This document shows, in pieces, positions 23,509 through 34,061 of a stretch of 64,000 nucleotides of DNA. The notes beneath the pieces were generated by a model. That model saw only the letters and a list, made by a program, of their open reading frames with translations. It did not search any database and was not told the DNA's origin. The DNA comes from an uncultured delta proteobacterium (GTDB taxonomy: Bacteria; Myxococcota_A; Polyangia; Fen-1088), in the NCBI GenBank assembly GCA_963737265.1, contig CAVTRY010000014.1, positions 320,001-384,000 of the forward strand, written 5' to 3'. Numbering within the stretch: the first letter of the stretch is position 1; each line of letters starts with the position of its first letter. The translations under genes were made by a program, and so were the position numbers.

Positions 23509-24664
23509 GGCGTCGCCTTGGCCGCTTCGGCGGTCGGAGCGTGGACGATTCGCCCGTTGTGCGTGAGCAAGGCGCCCTTGATGATCTCGTCGTCGGGATC
23601 GAGATTGAGATGGCCGCCCTTGAGCACGAGCAATGCCAGTTCCAGCGACGTTGCGCGCGTAAAGCGTGCTGGCATCGAGCGGACAAGGTGGACGGCAGAT
23701 TGGTGTGACCGAGGATGGTCACGCGATGTTTGACGATTTCGTGGTTCGCTTGGGTCAGCTCGCAGTTGCCACCTTGCTCGGCGGCCAGATCGACGATGAC
23801 CGAGCCGGGCCGCATGCCCCGCACCATGTCGGCGGTTACTAGGCGCGGAGCCGGTTTGCCGGGAACGAGCGCGGTCGTAATGACGACGTCGGCGGTGGCG
23901 ATGTGTTCCTTGATGACGGCCTGCTGGCGCGCCAGGAAGTCCTTGCTCATCTCCTTGGCGTAGCCGCCCTGGCCTTCGCCGGATTCCTGCGTCGGCAGGT
24001 CGATGAACTTACCGCCCAGCGATTCCACTTGCTCCTTCACCGCCGGTCGCACATCGGAAACCCACGCCACGGCGCCCAGGCGCTTGGCCGTCGCAACCGC
24101 TTGCAGACCCGCGACACCCGCGCCCATGATGACCACCTTGGCGGACGGAATGGTGCCGGCCGCGGTCATCAGCATGGGAAAATACTTGCCCAAGCGACTC
24201 GCCGCCATCAGCACCGCCTTGTAGCCTGCAATGCTCGCCTGCGACGACAGCGCGTCCATCGCCTGCGCGCGCGTGATGCGGGGAACCAGCTCCATCGCCA
24301 AGGCCGTGACCTTTCCCGCCGCCAGCTTCTTCACCATGGGCAGGTTGCGATAGGGCTGCAGGAACGAAATGACCAGGGCACCGGGTTTCAGCACCGCGGC
24401 CTCGTCCTGGCCGAGCTTCTCGTTCGCTCCAAAGGGAGCCACTTTGAATACGGCATCCGCGTTCGCCCATTCAGCCGCCAAGTCCGTGATTATGCGACCG
24501 CCGGCTCCCTCGTAGCGATCGTCGAGCAGATAGGACGCTTCGCCGGCGCCGGCTTCGACCGCAACCTCCAGCCCTTCCTTGACGAAGCGCTTGACGGTTT
24601 CCGGGGTCGCGGCCACACGCGATTCACCCGTGGCCCGTTCCTTCGCAATCAGCACCTTGAACAT
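23505..24664 (-). CDS. pntAA: NAD(P) transhydrogenase subunit alpha part 1 (NAD-binding domain I), two +1 frameshifts near the 3' end
   Basis: ESRVAATP, PRITRAQAMDALSS, GAGVAGLQA, GGYAK, GGNC; DAS.LYARN recovered after correction. Confidence 0.92.
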
Positions 24665-24816
24665 AGTTGACCTATTCCCGTTCGCCTGCCGCGCGGCCGG
24701 GCGGCACACGGCGACTGCTGTTCTTTGATGCAGACGAAGGGCGAACGGTTACCGAGGCGCGGCGGAGCGCAGCCGCGCGGCTTCGCGGGTCGCCTAAACA
24801 GCGCTATGCTGCATCG

Positions 24817-26187
24817 GTGAGCAACACAGAAGAAGCCGGCAAGCACGAGGATGTGCATTCCTCGCGCATGGGGAAGTTCATCCAAACCTATTCGGGTTTT
24901 CTTTCGAGCTTCGTCATCGGCATGGCGGGACTGGTGGCCACGTCGATCTGGCAGTACCGGCAATCGCAGACCGCGGTCAAACAAGCCGAGTCCGAACAAA
25001 AGATCGCCGCCACCAAGGCCGACAACGAGTGGCGGATCGCGCGCGCGGAAATCTTGGCTAAGAACCTCAGCGTGCTGTCCACGCAGGGGCCGAGCTCGGC
25101 CGATCAGCGCTTCGGCGTGCTGCTCTCGCTCACGCGTGGGGCGATTCTCGATCCCGAGCTGGCGGTTTCCTACGCCCTCGAGCTCGGCAAGGACAACGCC
25201 AGCTACATGCACGACGTGCTGGCCGCGACCGAGCGCAAGAACTACCAGCAACTGTCGCAGGCGTTCGCCCTGACCTGCTTGCAACGCTACGGCGTCAAAC
25301 GCGAGGCCGAGATCTGCAAGGACGACAAGCTGTCCGAACGATCGCAGGCCATCGCCGACCTCATTCACGACGAACTGGACGCGCTCGATGCTCTCGGCGA
25401 CGGCAAACCGGCTACGCTCGGGCCCTTGGCGCTGCTGCGCAACGACCGCGAGGTGCAGGCCTCGGTGGCCAAGATGGCATGGCTGTTCGAACCGTATTTG
25501 CAAGATCTCTACGAAAAGCATCAGTGGAAAGAGATCGCGCATTTTGAGTCGGTGTCGCCGGGTGCCCGATTGGTGGCGGCCATCGTGCTTGCGACCGCGC
25601 GCACGGGAGAGCTCGTGGGCAACGGCGAATCGGCGGATCTCGAAAAGTTTCATGCCGAGCGCCGCAAATGGCTGGGCGATTTCCTGCTTGGCCGAAGCTG
25701 CGATCCGGAATGCCGGGGCAAGCTGATCGACGTCATGGTGAGTGTGTACGGCGAGTCGGACGGCGACTACGACGAGACCATGCGCCGCCTGCTGCTCCTG
25801 CCGCGAGCGGAGTCCGGACCGGCGCTGGCCAAGCTTCACGGCCGACTGCTGTGGTGCCAGGTCGACAAGGAAGACCTCGATCTGTTTCGCGACCACGTGC
25901 TCGTGCCGAGCCTCGCCGAGGCCCTGGCGGGTCCCAAGCCCGATGCGGTGCTGGTCGAGGAATTGGTAGGATTGCTCGCCATGGTGCCCGATCCGACGGA
26001 CGATACTTCGCTGGTAGCTTGGAAGGCTGTGTTGGCCACCATGCAGAAGGCGGGCGAGCACTACGACCACGCCCTCGCCAAACGGCGTGCCACGGTCAAG
26101 CGCGAGCGCGCCAACCCGCCGCCGATGGTGAAGAAGGTCAGCTTCTGTGGCGCCGCCGAGGCCGCCGGCAAGGTCGAAAACCAGTAG
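24817..26187 (+). CDS. hypothetical membrane-anchored helical protein
   Basis: Long GC-biased ORF with N-terminal TM (FLSSFVIGMAGLVATSIW) and coiled segment; start uncertain. Confidence 0.7.
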   Translation: MSNTEEAGKHEDVHSSRMGKFIQTYSGFLSSFVIGMAGLVATSIWQYRQSQTAVKQAESEQKIAATKADNEWRIARAEILAKNLSVLSTQGPSSADQRFGVLLSLTRGAILDPELAVSYALELGKDNASYMHDVLAATERKNYQQLSQAFALTCLQRYGVKREAEICKDDKLSERSQAIADLIHDELDALDALGDGKPATLGPLALLRNDREVQASVAKMAWLFEPYLQDLYEKHQWKEIAHFESVSPGARLVAAIVLATARTGELVGNGESADLEKFHAERRKWLGDFLLGRSCDPECRGKLIDVMVSVYGESDGDYDETMRRLLLLPRAESGPALAKLHGRLLWCQVDKEDLDLFRDHVLVPSLAEALAGPKPDAVLVEELVGLLAMVPDPTDDTSLVAWKAVLATMQKAGEHYDHALAKRRATVKRERANPPPMVKKVSFCGAAEAAGKVENQ

Positions 26188-26204
26188 CGTGCTAGGTTTT
26201 GCGC

Positions 26205-27611
26205 ATGCCTAGGCCCGCACAGCCTGCCACCCTCGAACGCCTGAAGGAAATCGTCGGTCCGGCGGGGTTTTCCGTCGACCCCGACGAGCTTCAGCCTCAT
26301 CTCACCGAGTGGCGCAATCGTTTCGTGGGCAAGACGCCGCTTTTGCTAAAGCCGGCGAATACCGCGGAAGTCGCCGCCATCGTGCGCGTTTGCGCCGATG
26401 CCGAGGTGGGCCTCGTTCCCCAGGGCGGCAACACCGGCCTCGTGGGCGGGCAAATTCCGCGCCCCGAAGGCTGCGACCTGCTCTTGAGCCTGAGTCGCAT
26501 GAGCAAGATTCGCGACGTCGATGCCGTCAACGACACCATGGTCGTCGAGGCTGGCTGCACGCTCGCCGTCGCTCAAGCCGCGGCGGTCGACGTGGATCGC
26601 CTGCTGCCGCTCAGCCTGGCCGCGGAAGGAACCAGCCAGGTGGGCGGCAACCTGTCGACCAACGCGGGCGGCATCCACGTCCTTCGCTACGGTAACGCTC
26701 GCGACGCCGTCCTCGGCCTGGAAGTCGTCACGCCCGACGGTGCGATCTGGGACGGCCTGCGCGCCTTGCGCAAGGACAACACCGGCTACGACTTGAAACA
26801 TCTTTTCATCGGCGCCGAGGGCACGCTGGGAATCATCACCGCCGCGGTCCTCAAGCTCTTTCCGCGCCCGCGCCAGGTCGAAACGATTCTGGCCAGCAGC
26901 GCTGATCCCGAAGCGGTCCTCGCGTTGCTGGCGCTAGCGCGCGATCTCACCGGCGACGCGGTCTTGGCGTTCGAGATGTTCTCGCGCTTTGCCCTGGAAT
27001 TGGTCACGCGCTACGTTCCTGGAACCTCGGATCCTCTGGCGGCTCCTTCACCCTGGTATGTGCTGACCGACTTGACGGTTGCGCGCGCCACGGCTGAATC
27101 CTTCCTGGCGGAAGCGTTTGCCCAGGGTTTGGTCAGCGATGCGGTGCTGGCGGGAAGCGCGGCGCAAGCCAAGGCTCTGTGGAAGCTGCGCGAATCAATC
27201 TCGGAGTCGCAGAAACACGAAGGCGGCAGCATCAAGCACGACATTTCCGTGCCGGTGTCGCGCATCCCGGCCTTCATGCACCAAGCGCTGGCTGCTGCGA
27301 AAAAACTGATACCTGGCATCCGCCCCGTGCCCTTCGGTCACGTGGGCGACGGCAACCTGCACCTCAACTTCACCCAGCCCGCCGGCATGGACGAGCAGGC
27401 CTTTTTGGGAAGATGGGAAGAGCTGAACCGCGTGGTGCATGACATCGTCATGGCCCACGGCGGCTCGATCAGCGCCGAGCACGGCATCGGCGTGCTCAAG
27501 CGCGAGGAAGCACGCCACTACAAGAGCGCTGTCGAGCTGGATCTGCTGACCCGGGTAAAGCAGGCCTTCGATCCCAAAGGCATCATGAATCCCGGCAAGG
27601 GAACGGTCTAG
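26205..27611 (+). CDS. FAD-linked oxidoreductase, D-2-hydroxyacid dehydrogenase family
   Basis: PQGGNTGLVGG, GGNLSTNAGG, KDNTGYDL, GHVGDGNLH, SISAEHGIG, DP.GIMNPGK. Confidence 0.92.
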   Translation: MPRPAQPATLERLKEIVGPAGFSVDPDELQPHLTEWRNRFVGKTPLLLKPANTAEVAAIVRVCADAEVGLVPQGGNTGLVGGQIPRPEGCDLLLSLSRMSKIRDVDAVNDTMVVEAGCTLAVAQAAAVDVDRLLPLSLAAEGTSQVGGNLSTNAGGIHVLRYGNARDAVLGLEVVTPDGAIWDGLRALRKDNTGYDLKHLFIGAEGTLGIITAAVLKLFPRPRQVETILASSADPEAVLALLALARDLTGDAVLAFEMFSRFALELVTRYVPGTSDPLAAPSPWYVLTDLTVARATAESFLAEAFAQGLVSDAVLAGSAAQAKALWKLRESISESQKHEGGSIKHDISVPVSRIPAFMHQALAAAKKLIPGIRPVPFGHVGDGNLHLNFTQPAGMDEQAFLGRWEELNRVVHDIVMAHGGSISAEHGIGVLKREEARHYKSAVELDLLTRVKQAFDPKGIMNPGKGTV

Positions 27612-27617
27612 CGTCGC

Positions 27618-28634
27618 ATGCGAGGCTCCCGTCTATCGCAGGTTCCCGAGAGTCTGCTGGCCGCGGCCTTGGCTGAAGAAACCGACAGCGGCACGTCGCT
27701 CTTGCGTCAGCTTCCCAAGGCGGACGTCCACTGCCACGCCCTCCTCAATGGCCCGCTCACCGCCTTCGAAGAGGTTCTGGGCTACAAGTTGCCGCTCCCG
27801 CCACCACGCTTTCACAACTTCGGCGAATTCGCGGGCTATCTCGGCGGCAATCTCTTTCCCGCGCTTACCAGCCTGGATGGCGTTCGCACCCTGTTGCGCG
27901 CCGGTCTCGACCGCATGGCTAACGAAGGCGTGGTCTATGCCGAGGCCAGTCTCGACTTGCTCCTGTCGTCGCACATCGACACAACACCGCAAGCCGTCAT
28001 TCAAATCGTCGCGGAAGAGCGCGACCGGATCGCTGGGCGTTTGACCTTCGCGCCGGAAATAGGCATCAACCGGCGCATTCCGCCCGAGCGTCTGTGGCCG
28101 CTGTTTCTGGTCCATGTCGAATCCGGCGTCTTTCGCGCCATCGATCTTTACGACGACGAGCGCTCGGGAGATCTGCGCCAGTTTCAGCGCTTCTTCCGCT
28201 TTGCGCGCGAGCACGGACTTGTGCTCAAGGCGCACGCCGGGGAAACCTGCGGGCCGGAACGCGTGCGCGAGACCTTGGACCTGCTAGACGTCGATGCCCT
28301 TCAACACGGCATATCCGCGGTCGCGGATCCTCGCCTAATGGAAGAGCTGGCCCGGCGAGAAACCCAGCTAAACATCGGACTCGCCAGCAACATCGCGCTC
28401 GGCATTGCCGGATCCTACGAAAACCATCCCATCCATGCCCTGCTCGCTGCGGGCGTCGAGGTTGCGCTCGGCACCGACGATTTCGCCATCTTCGGCGCCA
28501 GCCTGTGCGACGAAATCCGCCGCCTGCGCCGCTCGGGCATGCGCGTGCGCGATCTCGCGAAACTGCGCCTCGGCCCACCCGCGCAAGCTAAACCGTGTAG
28601 TCCACCAGGCGCCGATCCTCGCGAGCGGCCATGA
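27618..28634 (+). CDS. adenosine deaminase family amidohydrolase
   Basis: LPKADVHCH, HAGE, HG, GTDD motifs. Confidence 0.85.
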   Translation: MRGSRLSQVPESLLAAALAEETDSGTSLLRQLPKADVHCHALLNGPLTAFEEVLGYKLPLPPPRFHNFGEFAGYLGGNLFPALTSLDGVRTLLRAGLDRMANEGVVYAEASLDLLLSSHIDTTPQAVIQIVAEERDRIAGRLTFAPEIGINRRIPPERLWPLFLVHVESGVFRAIDLYDDERSGDLRQFQRFFRFAREHGLVLKAHAGETCGPERVRETLDLLDVDALQHGISAVADPRLMEELARRETQLNIGLASNIALGIAGSYENHPIHALLAAGVEVALGTDDFAIFGASLCDEIRRLRRSGMRVRDLAKLRLGPPAQAKPCSPPGADPRERP

Positions 28635-28890
28635 CGATGGGCTTGACCGCCTCGTGTAGGGGATGCACCTGGTAGGCGTCGAGTGCGGCGCGGTTTTCGA
28701 ATTCGGAGTAGAGCACGATGTCGGACGACTCGGGGGTGCGACTGAAATCGAAGCCGACCTCCAATTTGAGCAAGCCCGGAATCTTGCCATTCAAATCTTC
28801 CAGGCGGCGTTTGATTTCCGCCGCGTTCTCGGCCTTGCCACGTCCGTTCGCGGATTCCTTCAGACGCCAGAGCACGATGTGACGAACCAT
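28588..28890 (-). CDS. Dabb stress-responsive alpha/beta barrel protein
   Basis: MVRHIVLW...IPG...LYSEF...LDAYQVHPLH...VDY. Confidence 0.9.
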   Translation of the reverse strand: MVRHIVLWRLKESANGRGKAENAAEIKRRLEDLNGKIPGLLKLEVGFDFSRTPESSDIVLYSEFENRAALDAYQVHPLHEAVKPIVMAAREDRRLVDYTV

Positions 28891-28892
28891 GG

Positions 28893-29561
28893 CTAGTTGG
28901 CCTCTCCGCCGGCGCGCAGCCGGCGCACCGCTTCGGCGACTCCTTCGGCGGCGCCGAACACCGACGCACCGGCGACGAGCACGCGCGCGCCGGCCTTGAC
29001 CACCTTGAAAGCGTTCGCCGGCCCGACCCCACCGTCGACTTCGATGGCACACGCGAGCCCGCGCTCGTCGATCATCTGGCGCAGACGTGCAATCTTGGTC
29101 AGCACGTTCTCGATGAATTTCTGGCCGCCAAATCCTGGGTTCACTGTCATGATCAGAATCTGATCCACATCGGCCAGGATGTCCTCGAGGGTTGCCACCG
29201 GCGTGGCTGGATTGAGAACCACGGTCGCCTTCTTGCCGAGCTGGTGGATTTGCTGAACCGTGCGGTGCAGGTGCGGGCAGGTTTCCTGGTGGACCTGTAT
29301 GTTGTCCGCGCCAGCTTTGGCGAACTCGGGAATGTAGCGCTCGGGCTCGACGATCATGAGATGCGCCTCGATGGTTGTCTTGGTGGCTCTGCGAACGGCG
29401 TCGACCATGAGCGGACCAAAGGTGATGTTGGGTACGAAGCGGCCGTCCATGACGTCCACGTGAATTCTGTCCACGCCGGCGGCCTCGGCCTCCTTCACGT
29501 GCGCGCCGAGGCGGGTGAAGTCGGCCGCCAGGATGGAAGCGGAAATCTCGAGGTTCGCCAT
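28893..29561 (-). CDS. rpe: ribulose-phosphate 3-epimerase
   Basis: [34 protein letters not shown]. Confidence 0.96.
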   Translation of the reverse strand: MANLEISASILAADFTRLGAHVKEAEAAGVDRIHVDVMDGRFVPNITFGPLMVDAVRRATKTTIEAHLMIVEPERYIPEFAKAGADNIQVHQETCPHLHRTVQQIHQLGKKATVVLNPATPVATLEDILADVDQILIMTVNPGFGGQKFIENVLTKIARLRQMIDERGLACAIEVDGGVGPANAFKVVKAGARVLVAGASVFGAAEGVAEAVRRLRAGGEAN

Positions 29562-29684
29562 GGTTGAACTCCGGGGGAATCATGCAACCTGCGACGCTGG
29601 CCTTCAACTGCGTTCGACCACGAAGTGGCAATAGCGACGCGCCCGTCTCGTGCCCGAAATCCCGTGCTGTGCCATAGTGCTCGC

Positions 29685-30200
29685 ATGGTGCTTAAGATCG
29701 TTCAAACCGGCGCTCCCGTGCTTCGCAACGGCACGCGCCCCCTCAGCCGCGACGAAGTGAGAAGCGCGGAAATCCAACAGCTCATCGAGCTGATGCGCGA
29801 AACGATGCGCGAAGCGCCCGGCGTCGGTCTGGCGGCGCCGCAGGTCGGGGTGCCGCTGCGCCTCGCGGTGATTGAAGACGTCGCGGATGTGCCGGAGAAA
29901 GAGCGCACGCCGGTCCCGTTTCACGTGCTCATCAACCCGCAGCTGACGTTGGGATCGGGCGTGCTCGAGCACTACGAAGGGTGTCTCAGCGTCGAGGGTT
30001 TCCAGGCCGTGGTACCGCGCGCGCAGGCGGTAAACGTCGACGCCCTCGATCATCGAGGTGAGCCCGTGAGGATCGAAGCCCGTGGCTGGTACGCGCGCAT
30101 CCTGCAACACGAGATCGATCATTTGGATGGGATGCTCTACATCGATCGCATGCAGTCCCGGACCTTCACCACGACCCGCAATCTTCCCGCGTCTTCATAG
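29685..30200 (+). CDS. def: peptide deformylase
   Basis: GVGLAAPQVG, EGCLS, QHEIDHLDG. Confidence 0.95.
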   Translation: MVLKIVQTGAPVLRNGTRPLSRDEVRSAEIQQLIELMRETMREAPGVGLAAPQVGVPLRLAVIEDVADVPEKERTPVPFHVLINPQLTLGSGVLEHYEGCLSVEGFQAVVPRAQAVNVDALDHRGEPVRIEARGWYARILQHEIDHLDGMLYIDRMQSRTFTTTRNLPASS

Positions 30201-30980
30201 GGCGTAGCGCAGAAACAAGTGGGACTCGTGGCGCCGCACGCTGAGCAAGTTCAGCGTGTGGCCACCGAGATCGATTCCTTCAACCAGCGACTTGCGACCC
30301 TCCGTTGACGGCCTGCCGAAAAGTCGCGGCGACGCGGTCAAGAACAGCTCATCGAGCAGACCTGCTTCTAGCAATTGTCCGACCAGCGATGGACCGCCCT
30401 CGCTGAGAATGGCCTGCAATCCTTGGGCGCGCAGAAGGTCGAGCCATGAGCACCATTCAAACTGCTCGACGTCGAGCGCGACCATGCGGGCGCCGCTCGG
30501 CAGCGTGCCGCGCAGGCGCGATTCACCCGCCGCCGTGGTCAGGATAAGGCAATCGCGCAAAGCCGGTTGCGCTGCATCGATGTGTCCCGAGGCGCTGACG
30601 ACAACCAAGAGCGGCTGGGGCTTGAGGCCAAGCTGCCTTCGCAGGTGGGCGAAATCGTCCCGCGCCGCGGGGAAGGCGGTCTCGGGGTGCCACACATCGC
30701 CCGGTGCCGCGCGAAAGGTGCCGGCGCCGATCAGCACGGCGTCGGCGGTCGCGCGCAAAAGCCCCATCACGAAGCGGTCGGGTTCGTTGTTCCCGCTCAC
30801 CACGCCGCCCGACTCGCCGACGCCGGGAAGGGCCACGATGCCGTCCACCGACGAGACGAAGTTCGCGTACAGCGCCGGCCGAGCCAGGCCGAAGTCGCTG
30901 CCGTAGCTCGTTGCCAAGGCCGTGGGCAAGCCAAAGCGCGGCAGGTCGTCGCGCTCGAACAGCAGCTCGATCGCCTTCAT
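30195..30980 (-). CDS. RibD C-terminal (pyrimidine reductase-like) protein
   Basis: NFVSSVDG, ADAVLIGAGT, EGGPSL, LLDELFLT. Confidence 0.87.
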   Translation of the reverse strand: MKAIELLFERDDLPRFGLPTALATSYGSDFGLARPALYANFVSSVDGIVALPGVGESGGVVSGNNEPDRFVMGLLRATADAVLIGAGTFRAAPGDVWHPETAFPAARDDFAHLRRQLGLKPQPLLVVVSASGHIDAAQPALRDCLILTTAAGESRLRGTLPSGARMVALDVEQFEWCSWLDLLRAQGLQAILSEGGPSLVGQLLEAGLLDELFLTASPRLFGRPSTEGRKSLVEGIDLGGHTLNLLSVRRHESHLFLRYAL

Positions 30981-31282
30981 TTCCCGAGCTGTCTGCTCGC
31001 CAACTCTTCCATCGCATGGGCCAGCTTCACGTCGAGGGCGGTAATGCCGCCGGCGTCGTGGGTCGCAAGGTCGATGCGCACGGTATTCCAGACATTGAAC
31101 CATTCGGGATGATGGTCCATCGCCTGGGCGACCAGTGCCGCGCCCGACATGAAAGTAAAGGCAGCGACGAAGTCGGCAAACTTGTACTCACGATGAAGCT
31201 TGCCACTCTCGACCTTCCACGTCGGCAGCTCCGCCAACGCGACAGCAAGATCGGACTCGCTCAGTTTAACAGGCCTGGACAT
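30977..31282 (-). CDS. phhB: pterin-4-alpha-carbinolamine dehydratase
   Basis: DHHPEWFNVWN.V...L.THDAGG. Confidence 0.92.
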   Translation of the reverse strand: MSRPVKLSESDLAVALAELPTWKVESGKLHREYKFADFVAAFTFMSGAALVAQAMDHHPEWFNVWNTVRIDLATHDAGGITALDVKLAHAMEELASRQLGK

Positions 31283-31317
31283 GTCGACTCCTTCCGCGCC
31301 AATTGGTTGGCGATTTT

Positions 31318-31752
31318 CTACGCTGCCGGTCGTCCTTCGAGCAATTGCTTGAGGGCTTCAAGCACGGAGCGCCAATTGTTGGCCGAGTGGTCGGCACGTT
31401 CTTGGGTGTCGACGTTGGCCTGGTGGACCGTGATTCGTGTTCCGTCGTGGGTGGTTTCTAGGTCGTAGCGAATGATCTGGCGCAACTCCGGCTTGTCTTC
31501 GAGACCACTGAAACTGCTCCAGTAGTTGAAGGAAAAACCTTTCGTCGGCGCGAAGGAAAGTACGGTGCCGCGATCTTCGTAGGACTTTCCCTCCCATTCG
31601 CCGCGGAAGAAGATGGGCGAGCCTACCTTCCAATCGGTCACGAGGTTCGTGCCGAAGAAGTATTGCTTCACGATCTCGGGTTTCGTGATGGCATCCCAGA
31701 CGCTCGAAAGCGGCGCCCGGATGTCCAGCGAGGCTGTCGATGAGAATGGCAT
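31318..31752 (-). CDS. SRPBCC/AHSA1-like domain protein
   Basis: VWDAIT.P....QYFFG...TDWKVGS; W...L..LK.LLE. Confidence 0.88.
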   Translation of the reverse strand: MPFSSTASLDIRAPLSSVWDAITKPEIVKQYFFGTNLVTDWKVGSPIFFRGEWEGKSYEDRGTVLSFAPTKGFSFNYWSSFSGLEDKPELRQIIRYDLETTHDGTRITVHQANVDTQERADHSANNWRSVLEALKQLLEGRPAA

Positions 31753-31837
31753 ACGCGCAAGCCTGACAGAGCAACGGCAGGGTGTCGAAGCCGCGCTGCA
31801 TGGCCTGGGCGGGGACCGCGCCGGTCTCGTCGCTGAT

Positions 31838-31855
31838 TTGTCACCGAATTGAAAC
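31838..31855 (+). promoter_or_regulatory. possible Pho box upstream of pstS
   Basis: TTGTCAC-cgaa-TTGAAAC, 11-bp spaced direct repeat about 100 bp before pstS. Confidence 0.35.
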
Positions 31856-31952
31856 ATTCGCGCCAAAACCGCGGAACAGACTGCCCAGGCGGACGAGAAG
31901 AGCTCCGTAAGCTCGCACATCGCGACACAACGCCGTAACAAAGGGTAGCCAC

Positions 31953-33020
31953 ATGATCGAATCGACCTTCAAAGGACTGCGCATCGCCGCTGTCGCAACA
32001 ACGCTCCTGGGCGGGCTCGCGCTCGCGGGCGAAGGCACCACCATTTCAGGTGCGGGAGCGACGTTTCCGTACCCAGTTTACTCGAAGTGGGCCGACGCCT
32101 ACGCCAAGGAGACGAACGTCAAATTGAACTACCAGGCCATCGGGTCGGGCGGCGGTATCAAACAGATTACCGAAGCGACGGTCGATTTTGGCGCTTCCGA
32201 TGCGCCCCTCAAACCCGAGGAGCTGGACAAGGCCGGTTTGATCCAGTTCCCCGTGGTCATGGGCGGAGTGGTTCCGGTGATCAACCTCGCCGGCATCAAG
32301 GCGGGCGAGCTGAAACTGGCACCGGACGTGCTGGCGGACATCTTCATGGGCAAGGTCAAGAAGTGGAACGATCCACGGCTGGTGCAGAGCAATCCGGGGC
32401 TCAAGCTTCCCGAAACGGCCGTGACCGTCGTACACCGTTCGGATGGCTCGGGAACAACCTGGATTTTTACCAACTATCTCGCCAAGGTCAGTGCAGATTG
32501 GTCCAAGACGGTTGGCAGCGATAAATCGGTCGCGTGGCCGACGGGCGTGGGGGGCAAGGGAAATCAGGGCGTCGCCTCCTATGTCCAGCGCATCGTCGGC
32601 GCCATTGGCTACGTCGAATCGGCCTACGCCATCCAGAATCACATGGCCCACGCCAAGCTGAAAAACCACGACGGCAACTTCGTCGATCCCAGCGACGACA
32701 CCGTTCAAGCAGCGGCCAAGGGAGCTGACTGGACCAAGGCGCGCGGATTTTACGTGGTCCTCACCGATCAATCGGGTGCTGCCGCGTGGCCCATCACGGG
32801 CGCTTCGTTCGTGATGGTTCGTCGCGAGCAGAAGGACGCCGATATTGGCCGCGCGGTCCTGCGCTTCTTCGACTGGGCCTACCGCAACGGCGGCGCGGCC
32901 GCCAAGGAGCTGGGTTATATCCCCATGCCCTCCAACGTGGTGGACCTGGTCGAGAAGGCTTGGGAGAAAGACTTGAAGGACACTGGCGGCAAGAAGGTCT
33001 GGCTCGCCAGTAAGCGGTGA
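31953..33020 (+). CDS. pstS: phosphate ABC transporter substrate-binding protein
   Basis: GAGATFP, YQAIGSGGG, DFGASD, HRSDGSGTT. Confidence 0.97.
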   Translation: MIESTFKGLRIAAVATTLLGGLALAGEGTTISGAGATFPYPVYSKWADAYAKETNVKLNYQAIGSGGGIKQITEATVDFGASDAPLKPEELDKAGLIQFPVVMGGVVPVINLAGIKAGELKLAPDVLADIFMGKVKKWNDPRLVQSNPGLKLPETAVTVVHRSDGSGTTWIFTNYLAKVSADWSKTVGSDKSVAWPTGVGGKGNQGVASYVQRIVGAIGYVESAYAIQNHMAHAKLKNHDGNFVDPSDDTVQAAAKGADWTKARGFYVVLTDQSGAAAWPITGASFVMVRREQKDADIGRAVLRFFDWAYRNGGAAAKELGYIPMPSNVVDLVEKAWEKDLKDTGGKKVWLASKR

Positions 33021-33053
33021 AGGGACGCCCTCGCGTAATCGGGTGATGCCATC

Positions 33054-34061
33054 GTGAGTCCGGCCGGCGCAGCAGCGACGCAAGAGAGCGAGCCTCCCGA
33101 ATCGTCCGGCCCGTCGGCCGTGGGACCTCGCGTCGTCTCGCCCGGAGATCGGTTCTTTCGCGGGCTGACCAAGTTTTTTGCCGCGCTGGTGCTGCTGTCG
33201 GTCTTCGGGATGCTCGTCACCCTGCTGGCTGGTTCATGGCCTGCGCTCAAGGCCTTCGGGCCGAGGTTTCTTGCCAGCAAGGAATGGAACCCGGTTACGG
33301 AGCAGTTTGGTGCGCTGGCTCCGCTCTACGGAACCGTGATCACGTCCGTCATCGCGCTGCTGGTCGGCGTTCCGGTGAGCTTTGGCATCGCCCTCGTGAT
33401 CACGGAGCTGGCGCCGCGCTGGCTCAAGCGGCCCATCGGCGTGGCCATCGAGCTGCTCGCCGCGATTCCCAGCATCATTTACGGCATGTGGGGTCTGTTC
33501 GTGTTCGCTCCGATTTTCGCGTCGACCCTGCAACCGTGGCTGACCGAGCATGTGGGGGCGGTGCCGATCCTGGGGCTGCTCTTTGAAGGCCCGCCCATGG
33601 GGATTGGCATGCTTACCGCCGGTCTCATTTTGGCCATCATGATTGTTCCTTTCATGGCGGCCGTGATGCGGGATGTGTTCGAGACCGTGCCCGCGTCCTT
33701 GCGCGAATCGGCCTACGCGCTCGGCTGCACGACCTGGGAAGTGGTGTGGCGGGTGATTTTGCCGTACACGCGCGTGGGGGTCATCGGCGGCATTATGCTC
33801 GGACTCGGCCGAGCGCTCGGCGAAACCATGGCGGTCACGTTTGTCATCGGGAATGCGCACGACATGCACCTGTCGCTGTTCATGCCCGGCAACACCATCT
33901 CCTCGACGCTGGCCAATGAGTTCACCGAGGCCACGACGACGCTCTACACGTCGTCGCTGCTGGCGCTCGGGTTGGTCCTTTTCGTACTCACGCTCATCGT
34001 GCTCATCGCCGCGCGTTTGATGTTGATGAAGTTGCGCGGGCGCGAGGGAGAGCGGACGTGA
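33054..34061 (+). CDS. pstC: phosphate ABC transporter permease
   Basis: [23 protein letters not shown]. Confidence 0.96.
   Translation: MSPAGAAATQESEPPESSGPSAVGPRVVSPGDRFFRGLTKFFAALVLLSVFGMLVTLLAGSWPALKAFGPRFLASKEWNPVTEQFGALAPLYGTVITSVIALLVGVPVSFGIALVITELAPRWLKRPIGVAIELLAAIPSIIYGMWGLFVFAPIFASTLQPWLTEHVGAVPILGLLFEGPPMGIGMLTAGLILAIMIVPFMAAVMRDVFETVPASLRESAYALGCTTWEVVWRVILPYTRVGVIGGIMLGLGRALGETMAVTFVIGNAHDMHLSLFMPGNTISSTLANEFTEATTTLYTSSLLALGLVLFVLTLIVLIAARLMLMKLRGREGERT

Noticed and set aside
28588-29631. 347-aa ORF overlapping rpe
   Set aside because: Only the last 100 aa (Dabb protein) look real; the rest is an alternate frame of rpe
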